DNA of 64,000 nucleotides from Candidatus Bathyarchaeota archaeon (GTDB lineage Archaea; Thermoproteota; Bathyarchaeia; Bathyarchaeales; Bathycorpusculaceae): contig CAVYRJ010000014.1 of assembly GCA_963770935.1 (NCBI GenBank), positions 61,807 through 125,806 of the forward strand, written 5' to 3'. Shown here piece by piece: positions 46,501-56,532 of this stretch. Position 1 is the stretch's first letter; each line of letters begins with the position of its first letter. The notes under the pieces were generated by a model, which did no database searches, was not told the origin of the DNA, and saw only the letters and a list, made by a program, of their open reading frames with translations. The position numbers and the translations under genes are program-made.

Positions 46501-46840
46501 ATGGTTTATTGTAGCAGATGTGGAACTCAAAACCCCGACACCAACACTAACTGCTCCAACTGCGGAGCCCCCCTCTACACTGTTGGTCAACGCTACCCTG
46601 GAAGTGACCGAGAACATTATCGTCGAATGGAAAACGAATGCTTTGGTTTGCCCAACGGCGGCATGATTGTGGGCATCGTTATAGGCGTCATTATAATCTT
46701 AGTTGGAATTGGCTTATTCTTACAAACTACTTACGGAATATCGATAAACTATTTGGCCGCTCATACTGATAATCTTCGGCATTCTCATCTTAGCAGGCGG
46801 GCTGTATAGGCAAAGACGATACAGCCGAACGCCGGGCTAA
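46501..46840 (+). CDS. Zinc-ribbon membrane protein; C-terminal frameshift
   Basis: MVYCSRCG...CSNCGAPL, ECFGLP, then TM helices. Confidence 0.8.
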
Positions 46841-46846
46841 TGCTCC

Positions 46847-47539
46847 CTAAACGCAGCGCCCACACCCCAAACACATTTTTTTGTTGTTCCATTCTGAGAG
46901 CAAAATCCTAAGCCACAATGTAAAGACTATTAACCCAAGCACATAGGCATCAACCAGCAAACTCTGAGCAGCCAAATCCGCCACAACCAGACTAATGCTT
47001 GAGCCAATCACAAACAAAGCATTCACCGCCATCTTGACGTAACCCCTCATCTTTATTTGAGCCAACCCCACAAGCATCAACACTTCGCCAGCAACCAGAA
47101 CCCAAAGGCTACCAGTTCCCAAAACAAAAAAACCCAAAGAAAACAATACTATCACCACCATGGCAGCTATTGCTCCAATCAAGAGGCCACTGCACGCAGC
47201 GCAAAAAACCGAGCCCCCAATAGTGATCCGATTAGCCGAGAACTTTTCGCAGTCGGGATGGTGCCCCTTAAGCTGAACCGCTGAAGCAGATGTTTTGCTA
47301 GAGTCGGGGAAACGGTTCGGTTTTTGGAACATCATGCGGCACTTGCCCGGATAAAACACCGCAACTACACCCACGATGCAGACTAAACTGTAAATAGCGC
47401 CTACGAGTGGGCGTCGAAGAGGCGAAAGGTATGCTTGCAAGCTAGGTTGAAGCAAAAGAAGTGGAACAAGCGCTAACCCAAAAATTGAAACAGCGACCAA
47501 AAACAGCAAGAAAAACTTGGAAGGCTCAGATTGCGGCAT
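46847..47539 (-). CDS. Multi-TM protein with Cys/His motifs
   Basis: About 6 TM segments; GHHPDC, FCAACSG, C-terminal CLGCGRC. Confidence 0.7.
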   Translation of the reverse strand: MPQSEPSKFFLLFLVAVSIFGLALVPLLLLQPSLQAYLSPLRRPLVGAIYSLVCIVGVVAVFYPGKCRMMFQKPNRFPDSSKTSASAVQLKGHHPDCEKFSANRITIGGSVFCAACSGLLIGAIAAMVVIVLFSLGFFVLGTGSLWVLVAGEVLMLVGLAQIKMRGYVKMAVNALFVIGSSISLVVADLAAQSLLVDAYVLGLIVFTLWLRILLSEWNNKKMCLGCGRCV

Positions 47540-47547
47540 TTTTTCGC

Positions 47548-48973
47548 CTAGAACAACGATTTGATTTTACCCACTACGCCCCAGGTTGTCATGTGCCGGA
47601 ACGTACGTCGCTTCATCGGATTACTCGAGAATAACCCATGGAATCGCCTGCTCCATGAGCCGTAGAAGTCGCGGTAGCAGCCATAGAGTTCCTCTTGTAT
47701 CTGATGGGTGGAGAGCGTTTCTGTCGGCATGATAGCGTGAATCATGTCGTAGTGGCTCCAGTTAGCGTCTTCGATCCATCCGTTGCGTTCAGCCTCGGCG
47801 TAAATTTCCGTGCCTGGAAATGGCGTTAAAATGCCGAACATTAAGAAGTCGGGGTCCAAGTCGTTGGCGAATTCCCGGAGTTGGAGGATGGATTGGTGGG
47901 TTTCTTTGCGGTTGCCAATGATGACCATTGCGTGAGCCATAATGCCGTTGTCCTGCAGCAGACCGCACTGCCGTCTTTGCATCGTTAGGTGTGATTCCTT
48001 TCTTGAAGTAGTCCAGTGTGGCAGGACTTGAATTCTCTACTCCGAGCAATACCCAGCTTAACCCTGATTTAGCCAACCTCGGCAGAATATCCTTGTTGCG
48101 GATTATGTCGTCGCATCGAGCCTGAACAAACCACGTCACGTCATCTGGTAACTGTTTTGCGATGATTTCTTCAGCGATTTCTTTGGGGCGTTGTCCAGTC
48201 CCAAAGTTGTCGTCGGTCAACCAGATCATTTCACTTCCAAACTCCCCGTTAACATAAGCCATTTCGTCTGCAATACGCTTCGCTGGTTTTAGTCGCCAGC
48301 AGCCTTGCCAATGGCGCCACTGGGTGCAAAACGTGCATTGGTGGTTGCATCCGCGTGCACCCTCAATGAGCGCATATGGTGCCCTTTTGCCTGCCATGAC
48401 GGAGAAGTGGTACTTGGGCATGTTGTCTTTAACGAGGTGGTAGCCTGGAAACGGCAAATCCTCCAAGTTTGCAATCAAAGCCCTCGAAGGGTTATGTACA
48501 ACCGTTCCGCCACTTCTGTAGGAGATGCCAACAATGTTTTGGAAACTTGAACCTTGTTGGCGCGCTTTCACTAATTCGGCTAATGTCTCTTCCCCCTCAT
48601 TGCGGATAATGACATCGATTACCGGGTAAAGTTGGAGACTGTCTTGGGCTGTTGCTGTGAAGTGTTGCCCGCCAGTTACGGTGAGGGCTTTTGGTGCCAT
48701 ACGTTTAGCGGTTTCAAGAGTTTTCACAACAACATAAGTGTTGCATGTAGCCAGGGAAGCTGAAGCCACGATGTCTGGGTTCGAAGCGGCAATGCGCTCC
48801 TCCATTTTTTTCCAATCAACTTTCTCCGCGTTGCAATCTAAAATCTCAATTTGAATATTTTTGACTTCTCTTTCCAGATAGGCGGCAAGTTGGATGATGC
48901 CATAAGGCGGCGGCAGGTATTCGCCCATGACAAACCATATGTCTTTAGGTGGCTCGATAAACAGAACTTTCAA
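47548..48973 (-). CDS. Cobalamin-binding radical SAM protein; frameshift near 47965
   Basis: KVLFIEPP, PPYGIIQLAA, TGGQHFT, RNEGE, RGCNHQCTFC, TDDNF, ILTPFPGT. Confidence 0.9.
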
Positions 48974-50339
48974 TGTAGGCTCTCCTTAGCCACTGATTGG
49001 TTAATTGTGCTTATTAGACTGCCGTTAATTTCAATTAAATGCTCTACTAACATAAAAAGCCGAATAAGTTAAAAAGAAATCAAAGTTGTCATGATGTGAC
49101 AACTTACTAAAAAAACTTGAAACTAAAAAGTCAAAAAACATTTAACAATTTAAAAACAATAAATCAACACATTAAAGATTCGAAATAAAATATGATTTTA
49201 TTTTCATTCTTATTAGATCTATTATTACATTCATGTATATAATCTCAACAAATTCTTAATCGTTCTGTATGATTTCAGAAGCAATAACATACGCTTCTTA
49301 CACAGTCATATCATTTCTTAGCAGAATATGCATATCGCCATTTAGTTATAACCAATCATTTTTATTCGAACACTGTGAATTTTCTTAACCTATTTTATGC
49401 TGTTAAATATCTGAACGAATTAAGACAGCTAACAAGTATTATGGAAACGGTAAGGGGGTGATAGTTAAGTTGAAAGAGTATGAATGTGTGGAAGTTAGTA
49501 TATAAAGATGTGGGTAAAGTAATTGAAGAGTAGCAGAGAAATGGGTGAGTCTTCGTACATATCAGGCGCTGTATGGTTCAGGATATGTATTCAAAATCAA
49601 TATTACTTGTTGTTTGAGAAATGTGAGTAAACAATGCTACGAACAAGCTAACTGCCGTTAAAGAAGTTGTAATATTGGCAGAAGTCTAAGACGCTGACAT
49701 TCAAAGAATATGAAAAGAGAAAAGACAGCAGACTTTCTTTGAATACTTTTGTTTAGGTAACTTATCAGTAGTGAAAAGATTTTTTTGGTCGTAGGGATAG
49801 AGAATCCAAGCAAAAACCTAAAACCAAATGACTCATAACTAAATTGAGGCGTTTGAGAGTATGGACAATCATGAACGAGTCGAAAAGGAATCTACAGTTA
49901 TTCTGCTTATTGTTGCATAAAGAATCTGCAACTATGCTGCTTAGAGTTTGACGCGGTGATAGCCAAAGTGGAATTGTTTACAGTTTTGATAGGCCAGACA
50001 ATCAAACTATTAGGAATCTGCGTCTGGAAGGATTGATTCCGTCAGCAATTAAAGCAATGCTCAAGGTGAATGATCCCATGATTAATTCCGATAAGTCACA
50101 TTAACTGGACCAAAAAAGACCGTTTTGCTACCTTTCCATCTAAAAGTTAACTATATAGCATTGGCGCGTTGTTTTCAGGTTTTCCACCACATTACTTGGG
50201 TTCTCAACTGTAGCTTTTTTCAACGCTTTAGGCGTGTTAGAGCAGTTAGAGTAATAATTTTGCTGCGTTCACCCTTACGTCCAATGTTTGCTTGGAATCG
50301 CCCGTTAAAGGTGTTTTCCAATTAAGGTTTTTGACAATG

Positions 50340-50621
50340 TTATGCAGGTTCAAGTGTTACATCAAAAACGTAGCCTTCCAGGTTTGGGTTTTCCTTATTT
50401 GCCATTAATGCTAGCGCTAATTTGGGAATGAGTATTCGCCCCTGTTTATCCATTTTGGCATAAAAACATTCAGCGACTCCCCAAAGATGTTTTGGAGATA
50501 CTCTAACTTTTAAGACCTGGTTTTGCTCCATTTTAAACTGCCACAAAATCAACTTTGGAATCTGTAATCTGTTGCCTTTTTCAAGCACTGTTTTAAAGGA
50601 TACTTTTGTGGTCAGAGGCAT
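50340..50621 (-). CDS. Tandem SpoVT/AbrB-domain (MraZ-like) DNA-binding protein, 93 aa
   Basis: Two swapped-hairpin motifs, LEKGNRLQIPK and MDKQGRILIPK. GGGGAAG SD before ATG 50621. Confidence 0.75.
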   Translation of the reverse strand: MPLTTKVSFKTVLEKGNRLQIPKLILWQFKMEQNQVLKVRVSPKHLWGVAECFYAKMDKQGRILIPKLALALMANKENPNLEGYVFDVTLEPA

Positions 50622-50640
50622 AAACTTCCCCAAACACAAA

Positions 50641-50703
50641 ACTACTAACAACTATTAAAGACTAATACAGACTACTACGGACTATTACAGACTATTACTG
50701 ACT
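50641..50703. repeat. Six tandem 10-bp direct repeats (consensus ACTAyTACAG)
   Basis: ACTACTAACA ACTATTAAAG ACTAATACAG ACTACTACGG ACTATTACAG ACTATTACTG ACT. Confidence 0.9.
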
Positions 50704-50897
50704 CAATCTGCAAATAAATCAAAGCCCAAACCAAAAAAGCAACCCAAAACACAATGCTGCAAAAATGCAAACACAACTATTTCTTCTTCTTATAGACAAA
50801 ATTTGTCAAGATTAATTAATTGTATGGAAACTGAAAAGGTCCAATTAACGGAAGAGTTTTTACCTATATTGACAAATGTTTCCAAGAGCAAAACTCG

Positions 50898-52520
50898 ATG
50901 AGAAAAGATAAGCCATGGTTCAAATGTTGGCCTGTTGCTGTGCCAAAACATATAGAGTATCCAAAGGTTCCTCTTCAGGAAATTCTGAAGAAAACTGCCG
51001 AGGCTTACCCAGAAAAAACCGCCATAGTTTGCGGTGAACGGGAAATCAGCTATGCCCAATTGGAAGTGCTGTCAAACCAATTTGCAAACGCGATAGTAAA
51101 GTTAAAAGTAGAAAAGGGCGATAGGGTGGCTGTTTTTATGCCAAATATCCCTCAATTTATCATCGCTTATTTTGGTGCTCTTAAAGCAGGCACGGTTGTA
51201 ACGGCGATTAGCCCGCTGCATCGGGAGCATGAAGTTGAGTTTCAACTAACAGATTCAGGTGCAGAAACAATAGTTGCGCTGGATTCTCTTTATCCGATTA
51301 TAGAGAAAGTTAGGGAAAAAACCCAGCTTAAAAACGTAATAATTACAGGATTAGTCGAAAATGCTTTTTCTTCAAAAGTTCCAAACGCCTTGATTTTCGA
51401 ACAGTTACTTGAAAACAACCCAAAAACAGCTCCAAAAGTTAAGATTAATCCGCATGAAGATTTAGCTGCGTTACAGTATACGGGCGGCACAACAGGGACA
51501 GCTAAAGGCGCCATGCTAACCCACAGCAACCTGCTCTCAAACACCCTTGCATTCGCCACATGGATACAAGGCACAGAAGCAAAAGAAACCTTTCTAACAG
51601 CGTTGCCGCTTTTTCACATTTACGGCATGACAACCAGCATGACAGTGCCCATCAGCCTTGCAGCCAAAATGGTGTTGATGCCAAAGTTTGAGCCAACCAA
51701 AGTCCTGCAAACCATTGAAAAACATAAGGTCTCAGTTTTTTGCGGTGTCCCAACCATGTATCAAGCACTTCTCGCAAATCCTGAACTTAGCAAATACGAT
51801 TTAACCTCAATCCGCGTCTGCATATCAGGCGCTTCTTCATTGCCGCCGCAAGTTCAAAAACAGTTCATGCAGATAACAGGCGGGCTATTAGCTGAAGGCT
51901 ACGGATTAACAGAAGCATCACCTGTTACACATTGTAGTCCAGTTGACAGGTCTATGCGGACAGTTAAGGTTGGCTCGATCGGGTTGCCGCTGCCAAATAC
52001 AGAAGCCAAAATTGTTGACGTGGAGACAGGTGAAAAAACCCTTGCTCAAGGAGAAAAGGGCGAATTGGCAGTGAAGGGACCACAAATCATGAAAGGATAC
52101 TGGAATAAGCCTCAAGAAACTGCTATGGTTTTTCGTGACGGATGGCTTTTAACGGGAGACATCGCTTGCATGGACGCTGACGGCTACTTTTACATTACTG
52201 ACCGCAAAAAAGAGCTCATCAAAACCAAGGGCTACAGCGTTTATCCTCGGGAACTAGAAGATGTCCTCTATGAGCATCCAGCTGTGAAGCTATGCGCGGT
52301 TGTGGGCAAACCCGACGAATTTGCGGGCGAGGTTCCGAAGGCTTTCATCGTGCTCAAAGAAGGTATGGCTGCCTCAGCAGATGAAATTATGTCTTTCGTT
52401 AACGGCAAGGTTGCGCTATACAAAGCATTACGAGAAGTCGAATTCAGAAACGAACTACCCCTCAGCGCAGCAGGGAAAGTTTTGAAACGATGTCTGAAAG
52501 ACGAAAAAGATAGCAATTAA
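50898..52520 (+). CDS. Long-chain fatty acid--CoA ligase (ANL family)
   Basis: LQYTGGTTGTAKG, EGYGLTEASP, WLLTGD, DRKKELIK, GKVLKR. Confidence 0.92.
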   Translation: MRKDKPWFKCWPVAVPKHIEYPKVPLQEILKKTAEAYPEKTAIVCGEREISYAQLEVLSNQFANAIVKLKVEKGDRVAVFMPNIPQFIIAYFGALKAGTVVTAISPLHREHEVEFQLTDSGAETIVALDSLYPIIEKVREKTQLKNVIITGLVENAFSSKVPNALIFEQLLENNPKTAPKVKINPHEDLAALQYTGGTTGTAKGAMLTHSNLLSNTLAFATWIQGTEAKETFLTALPLFHIYGMTTSMTVPISLAAKMVLMPKFEPTKVLQTIEKHKVSVFCGVPTMYQALLANPELSKYDLTSIRVCISGASSLPPQVQKQFMQITGGLLAEGYGLTEASPVTHCSPVDRSMRTVKVGSIGLPLPNTEAKIVDVETGEKTLAQGEKGELAVKGPQIMKGYWNKPQETAMVFRDGWLLTGDIACMDADGYFYITDRKKELIKTKGYSVYPRELEDVLYEHPAVKLCAVVGKPDEFAGEVPKAFIVLKEGMAASADEIMSFVNGKVALYKALREVEFRNELPLSAAGKVLKRCLKDEKDSN

Positions 52521-52676
52521 CTTTTTTGGGTTATTGGGGTTATTGTTGTTGCTGCTGTTGTTGCAACTCGTTCCTAAGCACCAGTTGAAACAATCAAAAC
52601 CTTACAAAAAAATTCCAAAAAACAAAACAACAAAGAAAGGACCTAAAAAATGCGAAAACAAAATCGTCGTTAGCAG

Positions 52677-52772
52677 TTACCTCTTTCGCAAAAAATTCCA
52701 GATAAAGGATGACGCTGCTATAACTAACGCAGATGCCAAAAGAAATGCAACAGCAAACGTAACCCACTTCAT
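52677..52772 (-). CDS. Possible 31-aa single-TM small protein
   Basis: MKWVTFAVAFLLASALVIAASSFIWNFLRKR*. Confidence 0.35.
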   Translation of the reverse strand: MKWVTFAVAFLLASALVIAASSFIWNFLRKR

Positions 52773-52870
52773 GCATCTCGATGCAGAATTGTTTGTTTTT
52801 AGGATTATCAGCAAATATTTCGAAATGTATAAGAGAAAACCTCTGTTCACAATAAGCGAAGGCTTACTGC

Positions 52871-55153
52871 TTGCGCATTAAACTTAACGTTACAGGGATT
52901 GTTCAGGGCGTCGGTTTTCGCCCATTTATTTACCGCATAGCAGTGCACAACGGCTTAGCAGGTTACGTGCGTAATAGAGGGGATGCAGGGGTTGAGGTAC
53001 TTTTGGAAGGTGACGCACAAAGCATCAAAAAGTTCATAAATGATTTAACTGCGAAGAAACCGCCGTTAGCATACATCGACGCTGTTAAATCAACTGAACT
53101 TACGGGAAAAAACGAATACCAAAACTTCACAATTTACAACAGCTCCCAAGAAACCGAAACCTCAGGATCAATCATTCCACCAGACATAGCCATATGCAAC
53201 CAATGCCTCAAGGAACTGCGCGATCCCACCGACCCACGGTACGAATATTTCTTCATCACCTGCACAGATTGCGGTCCACGCTTCACAATTATTGAGCGCC
53301 TGCCCTACGACCGGGAAAACACCACAATGCGAGAGTTTCCGCTGTGTGGTTTTTGCCAAAAAGAATACGAGGAACCATCAAATAGGCGGTTTCATGCACA
53401 AACCGTAGCGTGTCCCACCTGCGGTCCCAAAGCGTATTTGACAACCAACACAGGAAAACTATACCAGACCAAAGATCCTGTTCGGGCGGCTGGGAAATTG
53501 CTGTCAGAAGGTCATATCCTTGCTGTCAAAGGCTACGGAGGCTTCCACATTGCAGCATCCACGCTACTGGAACAGCCTCTGATGAGACTTCGCACCACGA
53601 AACACCGAAGCGAAAAACCCTTCGCCATCATGGCAAGAAGCCTAGATGCGGCAAATGGATTTGCCGAAGTGAATTCGAAAGAGCAAAAACTGCTGTCTTC
53701 CCCTTCACGCCCAATAGTTTTACTAAACAAAAACCCAAGCTACAATCTCTCGCCGCTAGTTGCTCCACACTTGCATAACGTCGGCGTCATGTTGCCCTAC
53801 ACTGGCTTGCACTACATGCTCTTCGACCAAGTTAGCGACCCAGCGTTTGTGATGACCAGCGCCAACCCGCCAAACCAACCCATCGTAAAAGACAACGAGG
53901 CAGCCCTAAAAATTCTCGGAGGCACAGTGGATTATTTTTTGTTTCATAACCGCGAAATCGCCCACCGCTGTGACGACTCTGTTATGCGTGTACATGGCCA
54001 CCGCCCAGTGTTTCTTAGGCGAAGCCGAGGCTACGCTCCATCACCAATTAGGCTTAAACAAAAATCCAAACGCTGCGTCGTGGGGTTGGGCGGCGAACTA
54101 AACAATACCTCCTGCGTTCTACTTGACGATAAAGCATTCATTAGCCAGCACATCGGCGACGTCGAAAACGTCGAAACCCGCAGTTTCCTTCAAGAAGCAA
54201 CTAGCCACCTTCAACGCTTAACCAACTGCCACGCTGAAACGGTAGCTTGCGACTTGCACCCCAAATTCACCACGACTAATTTGGCTAAAGAGATGGCTGA
54301 AGTAGATGGTTCGACACTGGTTCAGGTGCAGCATCATCATGCACATGCAGCGGCTTTAATGGCGGAGCATGGCTTGGACGAGATTGTCTCCATCGTTTGC
54401 GATGGATATGGATATGGCACCGATGGTGCGGCATGGGGTGGCGAAGTTCTCTTCTGCACGCGCGAATCAGCCGAGTTTAAACGGATAGGACATTTAGAGC
54501 CTCAAACGTTGCTGGGCGGAGACTTAGCTAGCCGTTACCCTGTACGTGTTGCGGCTGGAATGCTTGGCAAAGCAGGGGTAAACGTTGAAGAATGGCTAAA
54601 CAAGAACAGAAGACACCTGCCTCATGGCGATATAGAAGCTAAAGTCATTCTCAGCCAACTCAAAAAAGGAATCGGCAAGGTTGAGACCACAAGTTGCGGG
54701 CGGGTTTTGGATGCTGTTGCAGCGGTTTTAGGAATCTGTTACGAACGTAGCTATGAAGGTGAACCAGCCATGAAACTGGAATCCACTGCTTTACTTGGAA
54801 AGGAAGCCTTGAACCTTAAAACAATGTTGAATGGTGATGTGATTCAGACTACACCTCTGTTAAACGCAATTTATCAAAATATAGGAAAAATCTCAAAAGT
54901 CGACTTAGCTTATTCTGCCCATGCTTATTTAGCAAAAGGCTTAGCGTTTTTGGCAGTTCAAAAAGCCTCGGAACAAGGAGTTAAAACGGTTGGGTTTTCT
55001 GGAGGTTCTGCCTGCAACCAAATCCTTGCGCTGCTGATGCGGGAAACCGTTGAGGCCGCGGGGCTGAGGTTTTTTGTCCACGAGGCAGTACCTGCAGGCG
55101 ATGGCGGAGTCTCTTTTGGTCAGGCAGTTGTCGCTGGGTTTTCAAATTTTTAA
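52871..55153 (+). CDS. hypF: Carbamoyltransferase HypF
   Basis: GIVQGVGFRPF, CTDCGPRF, RRFHAQ, QHHHAH, PAGDGG. Confidence 0.96.
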   Translation: MRIKLNVTGIVQGVGFRPFIYRIAVHNGLAGYVRNRGDAGVEVLLEGDAQSIKKFINDLTAKKPPLAYIDAVKSTELTGKNEYQNFTIYNSSQETETSGSIIPPDIAICNQCLKELRDPTDPRYEYFFITCTDCGPRFTIIERLPYDRENTTMREFPLCGFCQKEYEEPSNRRFHAQTVACPTCGPKAYLTTNTGKLYQTKDPVRAAGKLLSEGHILAVKGYGGFHIAASTLLEQPLMRLRTTKHRSEKPFAIMARSLDAANGFAEVNSKEQKLLSSPSRPIVLLNKNPSYNLSPLVAPHLHNVGVMLPYTGLHYMLFDQVSDPAFVMTSANPPNQPIVKDNEAALKILGGTVDYFLFHNREIAHRCDDSVMRVHGHRPVFLRRSRGYAPSPIRLKQKSKRCVVGLGGELNNTSCVLLDDKAFISQHIGDVENVETRSFLQEATSHLQRLTNCHAETVACDLHPKFTTTNLAKEMAEVDGSTLVQVQHHHAHAAALMAEHGLDEIVSIVCDGYGYGTDGAAWGGEVLFCTRESAEFKRIGHLEPQTLLGGDLASRYPVRVAAGMLGKAGVNVEEWLNKNRRHLPHGDIEAKVILSQLKKGIGKVETTSCGRVLDAVAAVLGICYERSYEGEPAMKLESTALLGKEALNLKTMLNGDVIQTTPLLNAIYQNIGKISKVDLAYSAHAYLAKGLAFLAVQKASEQGVKTVGFSGGSACNQILALLMRETVEAAGLRFFVHEAVPAGDGGVSFGQAVVAGFSNF

Positions 55154-55202
55154 CCAATCTGTTTTTATCGCCGTTTAATGCGTCTTTAATAGACTGATAA
55201 TT

Positions 55203-55427
55203 ATGTGTTTAGCAATTCCAGCCAAAATAATGAGCCTTGAAGGCACCAAAGCCAATGTGGATTTCGGTGGCGGAGTTTTACGTGAGGTTAACGTGTCGCT
55301 TGTGGAGGCTAAAGTAGGCGAGTACGTGCTGGTTCATGCTGGCTACGCGATTCAGGTTTTGGAGGAAAAAGAAGCCTTAGAAACCCTTAGCCTTTGGAAT
55401 GATGTTTTAGCATCTGCTGGAGAATAA
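55203..55427 (+). CDS. hypC: Hydrogenase maturation chaperone HypC
   Basis: MCLAIPA...VLVHAGYAI. Confidence 0.96.
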   Translation: MCLAIPAKIMSLEGTKANVDFGGGVLREVNVSLVEAKVGEYVLVHAGYAIQVLEEKEALETLSLWNDVLASAGE

Positions 55428-55443
55428 ACTGAAAGTTGAGAAT

Positions 55444-56532
55444 ATGGCGCAGAACCTAAAGTTCCGAAACCCCGAACTGGCACACAGCATAGCCGAAAAA
55501 ATCAAGGCTTTGGCGCCCAAAAAAGGATTGGTCAAGTTTTGCCACGTTTGCGGAACCCACGAGTGGACTATAACCCACTTTGGCTTGCGAAGTTTATTGC
55601 CTGAGAATGTTGAGGTTATCGCTGGACCTGGATGCCCCGTTTGTATTGTTCCTGCAGCAGAAATCGATGAGGCAGTTCAGTTAGCCCAAAAGGGTGTCGC
55701 GATAACGTGTTTTGGCGACGTGCTCCGGGTGCCAGGTAGTGAATCTTCTCTTTTGGAAGCTAAAGCAGCTGGCGCTGACGTCCGAATCGTTTATGCAGTC
55801 TCAGATGCTATTGAAATGGCTAAACGTGAGCCCCAAAAAGAATTCGTGTTCTCCGCTGTAGGCTTCGAAACAACCGCACCCATCACTGCAGTTGAAGCGC
55901 TTGGCGATTTACCCAAAAACTTTAGCTTTCTGGTCTCTCACCGTCTAATCCCGCCAGCCATGGAGCTTCTGCTTGGTGTAGGCGACTTGCAAATTGACGG
56001 GTTCATAGCGCCTGGACACGTAAGCGCAATCATTGGCTTAAAGCCCTACGAGTTGTTCACTCGGGTTTATCGGATGCCAACTGTTGTGGCTGGTTTTGAA
56101 CCAAATGATGTGTTGATGGGAATTTACATGCTTCTTAAGCAGTTTAGCGAAAGCGACGCTCGGTTAGAGAATGAGTATTCGCGTGTGGTCAAGCCTGAAG
56201 GTAACGTTAAGGCACAGCAACTGATGAAGCAGGCTTTTTCGGTTACTGCGGGAAACTGGCGCGGCATCGGCAGGCTCCCAGACTCAGCCTTGCAGCTGCG
56301 AGAATCCCTCAAGCAGTTTGATGCCAGAGAAAAATTCAATGTTCATGTTAAGGAAGGCAAAGACATTAACTTCGGATGCGAATGCCACCTCGTTATAATA
56401 GGAAAAATCAAGCCCAAAGAATGCCCCATGTTCATGAAAGCCTGCACCCCCACAAAACCCGTTGGTGCATGCATGGTCAGCAGTGAAGGCACCTGCAGCG
56501 TTTGGGCAAAAAACGTTGCCGCCCAAACTTAG
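55444..56532 (+). CDS. hypD: Hydrogenase maturation protein HypD
   Basis: CGTHE, GPGCPVC, GFETTAP, PGHVS, GACMVSSEGTC. Confidence 0.96.
   Translation: MAQNLKFRNPELAHSIAEKIKALAPKKGLVKFCHVCGTHEWTITHFGLRSLLPENVEVIAGPGCPVCIVPAAEIDEAVQLAQKGVAITCFGDVLRVPGSESSLLEAKAAGADVRIVYAVSDAIEMAKREPQKEFVFSAVGFETTAPITAVEALGDLPKNFSFLVSHRLIPPAMELLLGVGDLQIDGFIAPGHVSAIIGLKPYELFTRVYRMPTVVAGFEPNDVLMGIYMLLKQFSESDARLENEYSRVVKPEGNVKAQQLMKQAFSVTAGNWRGIGRLPDSALQLRESLKQFDAREKFNVHVKEGKDINFGCECHLVIIGKIKPKECPMFMKACTPTKPVGACMVSSEGTCSVWAKNVAAQT

Noticed and set aside
50641-50703. Repeat array as CRISPR
   Set aside because: 10-bp head-to-tail units with no spacers and no cas genes.
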